A stretch of 64,000 nucleotides of DNA from Ostrea edulis (Eukaryota): contig NC_079164.1 in assembly GCF_947568905.1 (NCBI RefSeq), positions 72,292,001 to 72,356,000 on the forward strand, in the 5' to 3' direction. The position numbers and the translations under genes were made by a program. The notes below the pieces were generated by a model, which worked only from the letters and a program-made list of their open reading frames with translations, did not search any database and was not told the origin of the DNA. This document shows, piece by piece, positions 52,266 to 63,599 of the stretch (position 1 is its first letter; each line of letters begins with the position of its first letter).

Positions 52266-52650
52266 GTTCTTCCGTCTCTACCCATGATCTTACAAGTGGT
52301 TTGGGCGCTCGCTTTGCAACCACGAGGTTCCATATTTGACAGTCTATCCCGGCGGCCGCGTTAAAATTGATACTTTTACATATATAGTGACTGTTCCTTC
52401 GCCAAGTGTCCTGTATTGGAAAAGGAAGACAAGAGTGTATCGGACAGAGCACATATGTCATAGTAAGCAAGCACGGAAGTGTATTGGTGCCACATTGACA
52501 TATTTTATTCTTCACACTTTAATCTGTAAAATTTATACTTTAATCTGTAAAATTTGTACTTTGATCTTTAAAGTTTACACAGTCATCTGTAAAATTGTTA
52601 GACTTTAATCTGTAAATTGTACACATATGTAAATTTTATTTTCGATCATA

Positions 52651-52790
52651 GGACAGTAGATGCTTACTCCTCCAAGGCATCTGATCCCACCTCTGGTATA
52701 TCCAGGGGTTCGTGTTTGCCCAACTCTCTGGTTTGTGTTGCTTATAGGAGTTATGAGATTGATCACTGTTCGTAATCTTTGCCTTTCATA
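52651..52790 (+). mobile_element. 140-bp 3'-end fragment of the Naiad-like element
   Basis: gatgcttactcctcc...gttcgtaatctttgcctttc inserted between ...tcata and agtaagaatt; absent at the equivalent site of copy A (~40075). Confidence 0.75.
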
Positions 52791-53554
52791 AGTAAGAATT
52801 ATTGAATTTTTAATGGCTTTTAAAAGAATAAATAAGTGGTTAAGTATAGAAAGTATTGACTTTTCAAAGTCTTTTACTAAACCAACTTATTTTGTTTGTC
52901 ACCTATTAAAAAACATTGACAAATTTCAATTGAATATGTAGTTTTGATAAAACATTTTGCAGACGTTTATGACATCACCTGATGGTACAAATTGAAAAAA
53001 ACAATATTTCTTAGAATTTATTTGCATGTGGCTATGAACCGGTATATGCAATGAAATGTATCGAGCGCTAAATCAACAATGACTTAAATAATTAAGATTT
53101 AATTGATTACGGCATTTGAAGACATGTTCATTTAATGTGCGTAACAAACTAATTGATTTGGCCTTCCCCCAAAATATTACATCTTTATCAATTATAAATT
53201 ATGCGTGCAACAATTGAATTAATGGTGATTTCAAATTTGAATTCTTACAGAAATTGATGAAATATGCTGATATGCAGAGCCGCAGTTGATGCCCTTGTGT
53301 ATTTTCAAAACTCAAATTTAATGAACTTGATAGATAATTATTTTCAAACCCATTAACCTGTTTTTGTGGCTGGCTATCATTGGTTACAGCCTTTATTCCT
53401 TCAAGTAGCTGGCTACTTCTCAACCCATTGGGAACTCGCCCCTCACAAAGTTACCCCACCTAAAACCACCCCACCCCAAATATATCTTTTCTCACTTTAT
53501 GTAGCTCGTTACATGTAATAGTAGCTGGTTAATACAATTGTAATAGCTAACTTT

Positions 53555-54417
53555 CCCATTCTGGGCTGTCCTCCTTTGTTAGCTGACCTGTTTTTATATT
53601 CCTATAATGCAGAATTTATTTAAAAACTTCTACGTGAGAAGGAATAATCTCTTGCTGTAGCCTTCAATTCGACATTTCGTTATATCGATGACGTTTTGTC
53701 TATGAACAATAATAACTTTCATTCATATGTCGATTTGATATATCCCTGTGAGGTCGAAATAAAGGACACCACAGAGTCGTCCACTTATGCTTCATACTTA
53801 GATATTTTATTGAAAGTAGACATTAACGGCAAACTGACAACTCAGCTGTATGACAAACGGGATGATTTCAGCTTCTCCATCGTCAACTTCCCATATTTAT
53901 GTAGCAATATTCCATTATCACCTGCATATGATGTTTATATATCTAAACTGATTTGATACGCAATCGAGACTGTTGAAACCCTTGTACCATCAACTTATTT
54001 GTCAGTAGCTTACCTCTAAATCGTTGTTTTAAAATCGAGGTAAGCTACTGACAAACAAGTTGATGGTACAGGGGTTTCAACAGTCTCGATTTAAGTCAGC
54101 ATTTCGCAAATTCTATGGTCGTTATAACGATCTAGTTCGTCAATACAACCTATCATTGGGTCAAATGCTGTCTGACGTGTTTCATACCGATTGTTAAGCC
54201 GTTCTTGGCACACTGATTTTGACTGCGGATAACTCCGTTTACCTGAACAGGATATAGGGCTCACGGCGGGTATGACCGGTCGACAGGGGATGCTTACTCC
54301 TCCTAGGCACGTGATCCCACCTCTGGTGTGCCCAGGGGTCCATGTTTGCCCAACTATCTATTTTGTATTGCTTGTAGGAGTTATGAGATTGATCACTGTT
54401 CGTTATCTTCACCTTCC
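53555..54417 (+). mobile_element. Naiad-like PLE 3' fragment, younger copy containing an internal inverted duplication
   Basis: ORF 53696-53956 (YPCEVEIKDTTESSTYASYLDILL...YDKRDDFSFSIVNFPYLCSNIP) plus the family 3' tail. Confidence 0.82.
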
Positions 54418-54419
54418 AT

Positions 54420-55121
54420 ACATGTAGATACATGTATATCGACGTCGTTTTGTCTATTGGCAGTAAGAATGATTTTCATTCTGATGTCGATTCGATATAT
54501 CCCTGTGAACTCGACCTAAAAGACACTTCTGCTTTGTACTTAAATACTTTATTGAAAGTAGATATTTTTAAACGGCAAACCAACCATTCAACTTTATGAT
54601 AAACGGGATCATGTTACCTTCCCATCACCATCTTCCCCTATTTATGTAGCAATATTCCATTATCACCTACATATGGTGTTTATATCTCTCAACTGATTCG
54701 ATACTTAAGAGCTTGTTCTGCGTATGGTCTTTTTTTTTAATCAAGGTAGGCTACTGACAAACAAGTTGATGGTGCAGGGGTTTAACAGCCTCGTTTAAAG
54801 TCATATTTTACCAATTTTATGGTCGTTATAACGATATAGTTTGCGAATACAACCTATCATTGCATCAAATGCTGTCTGACCTGTTTCATACCGACTGTAA
54901 AGCCGTTCTTGGCACACTGATTTTGACTACGGATAACTTCGTTTACCTGATCAAGATGTAGGGCTCACGGTGAGTGTGCCCGATCCACAGGAGATGCTTA
55001 CTCCTCCTATGCACCTGATCCCACCTCTGGTATATTCTGGGGTCCGTGTTTGCCCAACTCTCTATTTTGTAATGTTTATAGGAGTTATGAGATTAATTAC
55101 TGTTCGTTATCTTCACCTTTC
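54420..55121 (+). mobile_element. Naiad-like PLE 3' fragment, older copy in tandem
   Basis: Shares diagnostic variants with 41020-41722 (tacttaaatact; ttttttttaatcaagg; cagcctcgtttaaagtcat). Confidence 0.8.
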
Positions 55122-55294
55122 ATATAGTAGATGACAGTGATACGATTTATTTGCTATTCGTAAGAATCATTGGATTAGTTATCTTCACCTTTTATATTAC
55201 AGGTGGTACTAGTATTTTCAAGTTTTGTATAACATTGATTAATATTTCCTAATTTTCACTCTCAAGACTGTAACAAGGAGCTCATTTCAAAATT

Positions 55295-55539
55295 TTATTT
55301 TTCACAAATGTATCCACCATGGTGAGAGACATTGTCGCAGTAAATGTTATGGAATGTGTAGCGATTTCCTGCGTAAAAGAACATGCAGTCTTCTGGAGAT
55401 CTGTCACTTCCGCTAGGTTCTCCGGCACCAAACGCATGATACGTCATCTTCATCATTTTTCCGTTTCTGATCCACCTCCAATCTCCTCCTCCTGGTTTCC
55501 TCCTGTTTATGTTTCTCCCACCGACGTAGAAATGGAGAC
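55295..55539 (-). pseudogene. Orphan paralogous terminal exon of the C-type lectin (EPS motif); ORF and acceptor intact, no upstream exons found in the window
   Basis: [81 protein letters not shown]-stop. Acceptor ttattccag is retained. It lies in the duplicated block, whose homology ends near 57060, before the position of exons 1-3. Confidence 0.7.
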
Positions 55540-55874
55540 CTGGAATAAGCAAGGATAGTCTTTGTTTGATTACAAAATAATAGTTCAAATTATTACATAT
55601 ATCGAGATAATTGGACAATGCAGACTCGTGGGTGAAACAGCTTTTCATTGTAGATGACAGTGATATAATATTGTTGCTGTTTGAAAAAATCATTGGATTT
55701 CTACTGTAGGCCAACTCTTAAAGAGGAAAACACCTTTTATTTTAAATTTGAATATGATTTCCCAAATTTTAAAAATTTGTTAATGAGGATATCTTTAGAA
55801 TTGCAGAATTGTAGGGAACCTATACTTCATTGAGACGTGGTGGGGATAGGAGTTTTAGACAGCTGTGGGTTCCA

Positions 55875-57060
55875 GCCTTTCTTTATAATCTCTTGGATTT
55901 GAAATCATTCCAATAGATTTTTAAGAAGCCTTTAAAATTGTCACTACCTATAACACGGTTTTAACTACCGACCTGTTAAAGGTCCGGAAAAAGAAATTCC
56001 TGTGCAGGGGTATCCATGATAGTGATAATGAAGCTCTAAAGAGCCATATTGAATGATCTCCTACTACCATCAAGAAGACGCGTTCTAGACGCTTCAAACG
56101 TAGGAAAACTATCACAACCAACGACAAAAACACAACTGATATATGTCTCCTTTCGAATGTTTGCAGTGTCACTCTCTCGGATTCTGAGACTTCACTTCTT
56201 TCCAAGCCCTTAAAGTTTGATCTACTCCACATGAAGTCAATGATCAACAAATAATAGAGGACAATAAAACATTTTTCGCCGACTGCGGCTTAAGGGACAT
56301 TTTTTCCGCAAGGACTCCAAAGATAACAGTGTCTCTCAACACCAAGATGTAACTGATGTTTTAGAGAAGCCCCTCTATGCAAACCGAAAACATTTGGGAA
56401 CCACTTTAAGTCAAAATTGGAGCTTTGGAGTCTTACATTGATGCAGTTGAGGTGGAAATCGAAAAAATTCTTTCAAACACAGATTTTACTCTCAACAAAA
56501 AAGAAAAATTGACATTGCAAATATTCAAAAATCAGGATAATGTAGTCATTTAAAAAGGCAGACAAAGGTTCTACTGTTGTTGTTATGGACAAAGACAAGT
56601 ACTTAACAGAGGCTCATCAACAGCGAACAGGACGAAAGCTTTTAAAAAGTTATCGTCCCACCCTACTAAAGAGTTCTCTACTAGTATCACCGCAACCCTC
56701 AAGAAAATGTTTTGGGAGCGCTTTGTCTTAACGACTGTAGACCAGGAAAATGTTATTTACTGCCGAAAATCCACGATGAGGCATGCCAGGGCGTCCTATA
56801 TCCATTGGACATCTCATGGAGAAAATATGAATTAGTTGATTTACATCTCCGTCAGTATGTAGAAGATTTACCATCATACTTGAAGGAGACGACTGATTAC
56901 ATTAATGAATTAATAAAACTCCTTCATCGGGTCTGCCAGACCATACCCTCCTTGCGATATGGATGTGATGTTACTTCACTTTACACTAACATTCCACATG
57001 ATGAGGGTATCGAGGCTTGTAGAGAGTTTGGAACAATAGGGCAATTCAATGCCCTTCAAC
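55875..57060 (+). mobile_element. Canonical-type Penelope-like RT fragment (copy B), truncated by a LINE
   Basis: ORF 56712-57122: PGKCYLLPKIH...LPSYLKETTDYI...DVTSLYTNIPHDEGIEACR. Confidence 0.82.
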
Positions 57061-58620
57061 GCTTTTTAATAATAATTAAAAAGAATCTATTGTTGTTTCA
57101 TAGATTGCAAGAAAGCATTTGACACTGCTGATGGAATTAAATTGTGGAAAAATCTCAGCACGTATGGTATTAGAGGTAAATTACTACGCATTATCCGGGT
57201 AATGTATCAAAACATGAAATCTATTGGTAAATATGCAGGCATGATGTCAGAATGTTTTAAAAGTAACGTAGGACTATTACAAGGAGAGATGTTATCTCCT
57301 ATACTTTTTTCGTTATCTGTGAATGATTTTGAAGTACAATTTTTAAAACACGATAGTGTGCCATTACATTTGTGAGAACTAAACTTGTATGTTTTGATGT
57401 ATGCAGATGATATGGTCATTTTTGCTGAAAGCGTACACGAGCTTCAAAATATGTTAGATGAGTTATATGAATATACAACTGACTGGGATCTCACTATTAA
57501 TGTTGATAAAACAAAAAATTTTATTTTTAGGAGTGGGGGTAAAATCAAGCATACAGAAAAATGGAACCTGAATGGTCAGCCAATTGAATTTGTTGATAAA
57601 TTTATATGCCTTGGTATTTTATTTAACTTTAACGGTGACTACAATTTACGCAAAAACAATTAGCCTGTCAAAGTAGAAAAGCTCTGTTCTCATTAAAATC
57701 AAAAGTTAAGAATATGTGCCTTAACACAGAAACACTATTGACACTTTTTGACACAAATGTGGCAAGTATTCTGAATTATGGTTGTGAAGTATGGGGTAGC
57801 CATACATCTTGTAATGTCAGATATGTAGAAAAGATACAGTTAAAGTTTATAAAATCTGTTTTAGGTAGGCGAAAGAACATAAATTCTGCCTCGGTTTATT
57901 TTAAAACTGGGAGGTTACCTATGAAAATCATTCGATTCTTCAGAATGTTCAAATTTTGGTTGAAAGTGTTGCGTAATGAAAATTGTATAATTAGAAATTG
58001 TTACGATGAATTATATTACAACTGTGTTGGAATGGAAAATTGTAGCAAAAATTGGGCCTATTGCATTAAACAAAAAATGTACGATATAGGGTTAGGATAT
58101 ATTTGGTGTGATCAGGAGAATGCAACTTCTAATTTTTTCTTTCCTATTATAAAACAGAGGTTGACTGATATGTGTGTTCACAGTTTAGTTGAACAAATTA
58201 CTTGTTCGTCAAAGTGTATTATTTACAAACATGCTATTGATCACTTTTCGTTACAGTATTACCTTTGTAAACCTATACCTAATATGTATAAAAGGCACAT
58301 TTGTCTAATTAGACTATCCTCTCACAATCTTGAAATTGAAACAGGTCGCCATAACAATATACTTAGAGAAAATAGAGTATGTAAAGTTTGTAAAAATGAC
58401 ATAGAGGACGAATACCACTTTATATTAATTTGGCCTCATTACGAGGAATTTCGACATAAATATATCAAAACGTATTATTGGTAAACCCCATTTGTTTTCA
58501 AATTTGTACAATTATTAAGTGTTCATAATGTACACGAAATTTGTAATTTAGGGAAATACCTATGTCTTGCACTTAAGGAAAGTCCGTGCTTTTACGTATC
58601 CGGTTTTAAATTTTAAACAC
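57061..58620 (+). mobile_element. Degenerate LINE reverse transcriptase (RTE-X-like by recollection; clade uncertain)
   Basis: Fragments VGLLQGEMLSPILFSL, LMYADDMVIFAES, INVDKTK, YLGILF-like, ILNYGCEVWG, RLSSHNLEIETGR and CKVCKNDIEDEYHFIL, with stops and frameshifts. Confidence 0.88.
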
Positions 58621-59992
58621 CGACTAGAAAGTTCCATGCAGTTATAACTTCTTTGTTTGATGTTTGTAGTTTACGAGAACTGTACGAGTCAAATTTAGCA
58701 TTCAAATGTGAATCTTAGATATATTTACCATGAATTATTATAGTGTGAAGTCCTCACTAGCTCCAATGGTACAAAGCAATGTAATATCTACATTGAAAGG
58801 CTCATAGGCTTAAAAGGCTCATAGCTTGCAATCTAAGCCTGAACAAGTTAAAAATCATACATAGGCGTGGTCCTCACAGAGGAATTCACACTGAATTTTA
58901 GGGAGTGTGTTTGGTTCAAAGAAACCCAGAATTATAAATCCTCAGAAAATCATCAGCAAAGTTGTTGAATATTTGAACTCTTCTTCACAAGTACTTTCAA
59001 GAAACAAAATTATTTGTACATGAGCTGTAGTTGCTAGAATGTACATATATGTTACACTATATTTATTTTTTCTATAAGTATGAGATAGCATGTATGCATT
59101 TTTATGTATTATATGATTGATAGCCAAACAAAAAAAGAATAACACACACATCAAAAAAATTGTGAGAAAAAGGAAGGGTAGGGGGTGCACCCCCCCACTC
59201 CTTGTGTTCTAATTGTCTGGTAGGACAAAATTTTCAGTATGTTTTACATATATATATATTGTCATATTCTGTTAATCTTGATTTTAAGACTGTATTTGCT
59301 GTTACAATTTACTATGTTCAAAGTGTGCAAAGAATAATTGTAAAACTTAAATTTAAAAATGGGGGTTTACATATTCAAGAGACCATTTTGCAAAATATCT
59401 CTGGTCAACTATGGTAAAATATGTTTTTTTGTTAACCTTAGATATAATTCTAAATATTTTTAAAGAAAAACTGGCATGTAAACAATTTAGATTTTGAGAA
59501 TTTTTCAAAATTGCGATATTCTGTGATTTTTTTCTGAAGGATGTGAGCAGATTAAACAGCAATTGTGTATGTTTTCAATTGAATATCTTTAAAAATTCTC
59601 TCAGTAAATGAATAGCTATTGGTTTTTATATATTATAGCTTAATATGATGTGCTTTGGTGCATATTTTTAATAAAACATGAGATAATGCATTCTTGTGTT
59701 AGAATTTGGCTTTTGCATTTGGGGGTATATGTGCTCTGTAGCACATAGCATAAAAATAAACCTGCAAAGGTATGTCTTATATGGGCTTTTTAGTTAGTTT
59801 ATGAGTTGTTAAAGTTATTTAAATGAAAAAAAAATTTGATTGACAGAAATTTCTAATAGTATTTACCTACCTTAAGTTGCGAGAAAACCTTGTTTAAATT
59901 TTATTCTCTGTTGCTTGCTTGAATTTGTAAACCGCCATACAATGTGATTTTTATGTATCTATGAAATTGATGTGATAAAACATATGTCTTAA

Positions 59993-60700
59993 CCCTCTCT
60001 CTACCGTATCGGTCAATATGACCGATAGCGCGTAAAAACAGAGCTACGCAAAAGGAGTGTCTATAAATCTTTGAAACTACGGACGTAATAAATATGTTTT
60101 ATATATCATATTTTTGGAAATTTTCTATATTTTTTAACTATGCAAAAATCAATTGAATAAATAAAGCCATTAAATTAAAAAAAGCATTTAAAATGAAAGA
60201 TGACTTCGTCTAAATATGACGCAACACTTTGTCGCAAGGCCATTTTCCCCCTCGCTATGATTTTTTTTATTTTCCCTATGAATGCAATATTTTTTATATT
60301 TTTGAGAAGCATATATTCCCTGCTTTCAGTACATATAAAAATTATTTTTAATGCCTGGCAAAGTTATAAGAAAATAGCAATTTTTTGCACATATACGTTG
60401 TTTTACGATTTTATTTCTCAATGTTTAAACAGATCGGCGTTTTGTCTATATTTATATATGGAAATAGGGAAAAGTAAATACATCCTGTAAAAGTAGAGGA
60501 AATGTTCTTTTTGATGGACCCTTATTCGTATTATAATTCTCAGTAGTTTTTATATTACGATAAAATGAAATTGGGACATGCTGCGCGGTTTTCTTAAAAA
60601 TTAGCGACAAATCGACGTTGCTAACAGCAAATCGACGCGCGTCGCACAATAAAGTGGTGAAAACTATTTGTATTGTCCTTTTTTAGTAAATTCAGTACCT
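59993..60700. mobile_element. Possible piggyBac-type element left end; right end not found
   Basis: ttaa|ccct start with palindrome tatcggtca-ata-tgaccgata; extent is approximate. Confidence 0.35.
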
Positions 60701-61155
60701 GTTGATACACAAAAACAACATACATACATGTATGCAATAATCAGCCTGGTATCTCTGCTTTTTTTTAAAAAAAAAGAGAGCATAAAACCAATATTGGTTT
60801 ATAACAGTTACACAACATACATGTAACTTCATAAAACACCTATTGAGAATGTTACATTGGCAGATTGAATTTAAAAAAGATTAATAAAGTACTTCAAATT
60901 CAGATATAAACGTTATATTTGTTCGGAATAGCAATAATTTTTTTCTCTGTCAAAGAAAGAAAACAAAAAAGAAGTTCGCCTATATATAGCCTGTATATTT
61001 TTATTTTTCCATGATCCGGATCGCGGGCTTCGCGGGGTTTTCTGAAAGTGTGCACGGAGAACACGCGTGTTTCCGTTTCAACGAAAACAAACAAACACAG
61101 CTTCACCGTGACTGTCACAGCGAACGCTTGTATTTTACATCTTTAAAACGACCTG

Positions 61156-63599
61156 ATGTCAGAAGAAGAAGATGCCCTGGATCCCCTGTTGCAGGATGAC
61201 CCAAACGATCATGCATTCAGTATAAATACGTACATGTAAGTTGATGTAGCCACATAGGCCGATTAAAAAGGGGAGGGGGGGGGGGATGCGGTTTTGTTAT
61301 GAAAAATTCACGATTAATTAACCGCGATTTGATGCCATACTTTGTCGTTTCATGAAAGAAAATATTTATATTTTATGATATCTAAAACAAGTGAATAACA
61401 CCCTGTCCGGGTCCGGCAGTGTGATTAACACCCCCCCCCCTTTCCCCCAGAATTATCTCCTTACCTGACGCGCGAGTGTAAGAAGGGGTTGTGTTTAGTG
61501 TATAATGGGATGGGGTGGTTTTAATCAGACTGGGCATTCACGACCGCTGGTGAGAAGGCTATTTTCCAAGTTTTTTCCATGTTTATAAAAGAAATTGTCT
61601 TTCTATGAAAAGAAAACACAATCTGTTAGGAAAACACAATTTGCATTATTGTAATGATAGAATTTATTATCATAATTTGAATTATTTTCTTTATTCTGTA
61701 ACAGAAATAAAAACAAAATGTGTGTTTGGGCCAAAATGGGGGTGGATTAACATCAATCAAAGTCTGATTATGATAGGTTAATAAAAAATCATATTGATTT
61801 CTCTTTTATCCAAATGCATGTATTTTATATACACTTAGTAGCTTATGACCATAAATTACATGTGATCCATACATGCTGGTACTTGTATGCTATGACCTGA
61901 TGGGTACGTGTCCCCTTCTTGTCGGCCTCCTCCATGGCCGAGTGGTTAGAGCATTGCGCTCAAAATCACACGGCCTCTCACCTCTGTCGGCGCGGGTTCG
62001 AATCCCGTTCGCGCCGGCAGGGCCGTAACTGCCGATGAGGCAGACGAGGCAACTGCCTCGTCTGATTTTTTGGCAAAAAAGAAAATAAAATTATATAAAT
62101 GTTATATTATAGGATATATGTTTAAAATGAAGACAAGCACCTTTGTCTTTGACACCATATTACGATTCTTTACATAGTACAAATGAAACACAAACATGAT
62201 AAATTGGGATTTAAAAAGTGTCATTTTCAGTCGTAAAGTCAATCGGCGGCCCCCAATCCCCTGCCTCCCCTGATTTAGAACCCTACTTACGGCCCTGGCC
62301 GGTAAGTGAGAAAGTTTTCCCAGTTTACTTTCGAAAGATCGGTGGTCTCTCCCCAGGTATCTGGATTCTCTCTTCCACCAATAAAAAAAACTGGGTGCCA
62401 CCAGATAACTGAAAAATTGTTGAGTTTGGCAGAAAACATCAATCAATCAATCCCCTTCTTGCCTAGATTTTCTCTAATTTCGACTAAATCCACAGCCCAT
62501 CAGAGTACCATACAAGGGGATTTAGACACTGGGTACCATTAAGAAGCAATTCAATTCAACTTTTATATCTGGGGTCATTCACTTTCCCTCAGAGTTTCAG
62601 TATTTTCGCTGGACCCTGTAGATTTTAACCCGAATTTCTTCAGTATTTACCCTCGTGTATAATATATGCTAGGCATAATGCAGATACCTACATGATACAT
62701 ATTTTTTTTTCATTACCCACTCTGCTACTCTCGAAATGTATAATAAAATATTCGATTAATTTCTAACACATGTATGCAATCCCTTACCTTATCTTTAAAT
62801 AAATTTGAGTAAATAAATTTAAGTGCGAAACTGTTCCATGCTACTGTGAAACTTAGATTTTGCTTTTTAAACATAAACCAACAATTCTTAATTGTAATTT
62901 CTTTTCTTCTTTAAAAAGGGTATTGACATCCCAATATTTAGTGGGAAGTTCCCAGGTATCATCCGCTAGCGACAGTCTACTGCAAATCCAGACATGCATT
63001 GGAAGGATGCTGATGTGGAGGGCACAGGAACACCTGATCCCAGAACTGTGGCATTTCATTCGGGGTGACAACCTGGCTTTCAGTTGGTATGACTCTTTGA
63101 GGTTGAATATAGGGTTTAATCAGTATAAATTTGATTAACATTCAAATAAATCCAGATAATACATTCACAATTGGAATCATGGCATTATGGTACACTGATA
63201 TGTGTGTACCATTTTACTGGGGGTTTTTTGTTTTGTTTTTGTGTTTTGTTTTTTCTTTTGTTTTTTTTTCTTTTATTTAATTTTTTTTTCTGCATAACTA
63301 GGGATCATATACATACAAAATGAGACAATTTCTAATTAGTTTTTAATTATAAGATATGACACGTTTTAAGGTATGGTGGCCAATACTGATTTTATTTGCA
63401 ATTTTCTTTCAGATATCATATGGGACTCTATTATTCGCAGAACTGCAGATTTTATGAAGCTGTCTTTGACAGAAGATTTGGTTTTCTCCATCTGTGTTGC
63501 CACCAACCATTATGCTGAGATAGTCATATCTAGGGGGAAGGGTTGCCATATACTTCCCAAGGAAGTGTGCAGCCTCTCACTGAAGAAGGAACTGTACAG
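61156..63599 (+). CDS. Candidate 5' exons of an unidentified gene (61156-61229/61235; ~62919-; 63413-63599)
   Basis: CpG-rich upstream region, ATG-MSEEEDALDPLLQDDPNDHAFSINT followed by GT donors, and two downstream GC-richer blocks with polypyrimidine-AG acceptors and GT donors. I could not find one unambiguous phase-consistent splice path, and no family is recognised. Confidence 0.35.
61922..62450 (+). mobile_element. tRNA-derived SINE with (ATCA)n tail, interrupted by a MITE
   Basis: A box TGGCCGAGTGG (61935-61945), B box GGTTCGAATCC (61995-62005), (atca)n tail, and an 11-bp TSD tccccttcttg (61911-61921, 62451-62461). Confidence 0.88.
62018..62297. mobile_element. MITE with 11-bp TIR cagggccgtaa and 5-bp TSD gccgg
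   Basis: Perfect TIRs; gccgg at 62013-62017 and 62298-62302; subterminal hairpin cagacgaggca-ac-tgcctcgtctg. Confidence 0.85.

Larger units (their letters stand above)
51945..57060. repeat. Segmental duplication, copy B
   Basis: Same order as copy A: LINE fragment with 41-bp array, 21-bp repeats, Naiad-like RT, lectin terminal exon, Penelope-like RT. Confidence 0.9.

Noticed and set aside
48750-54417. Selenocysteine recoding in the Naiad-like RTs (some Naiads are reported to be selenoproteins)
   Set aside because: The in-frame TGAs I checked correspond to Trp (TGG) or Arg (CGA) positions in sibling copies or the expected motif, and they co-occur with frameshifts. This is ordinary decay.
61455-61470. 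Minus-strand donor (cag|gtaagg) as the missing first exon of the orphan lectin
   Set aside because: There is no signal-peptide coding sequence upstream, and no exon 2/3 homologs were found between 57 and 64 kb.
61922-62017. tRNA gene (A and B boxes present)
   Set aside because: It continues into a SINE body with an (ATCA)n tail and an 11-bp TSD, and I could not fold a convincing cloverleaf. It is a SINE head.
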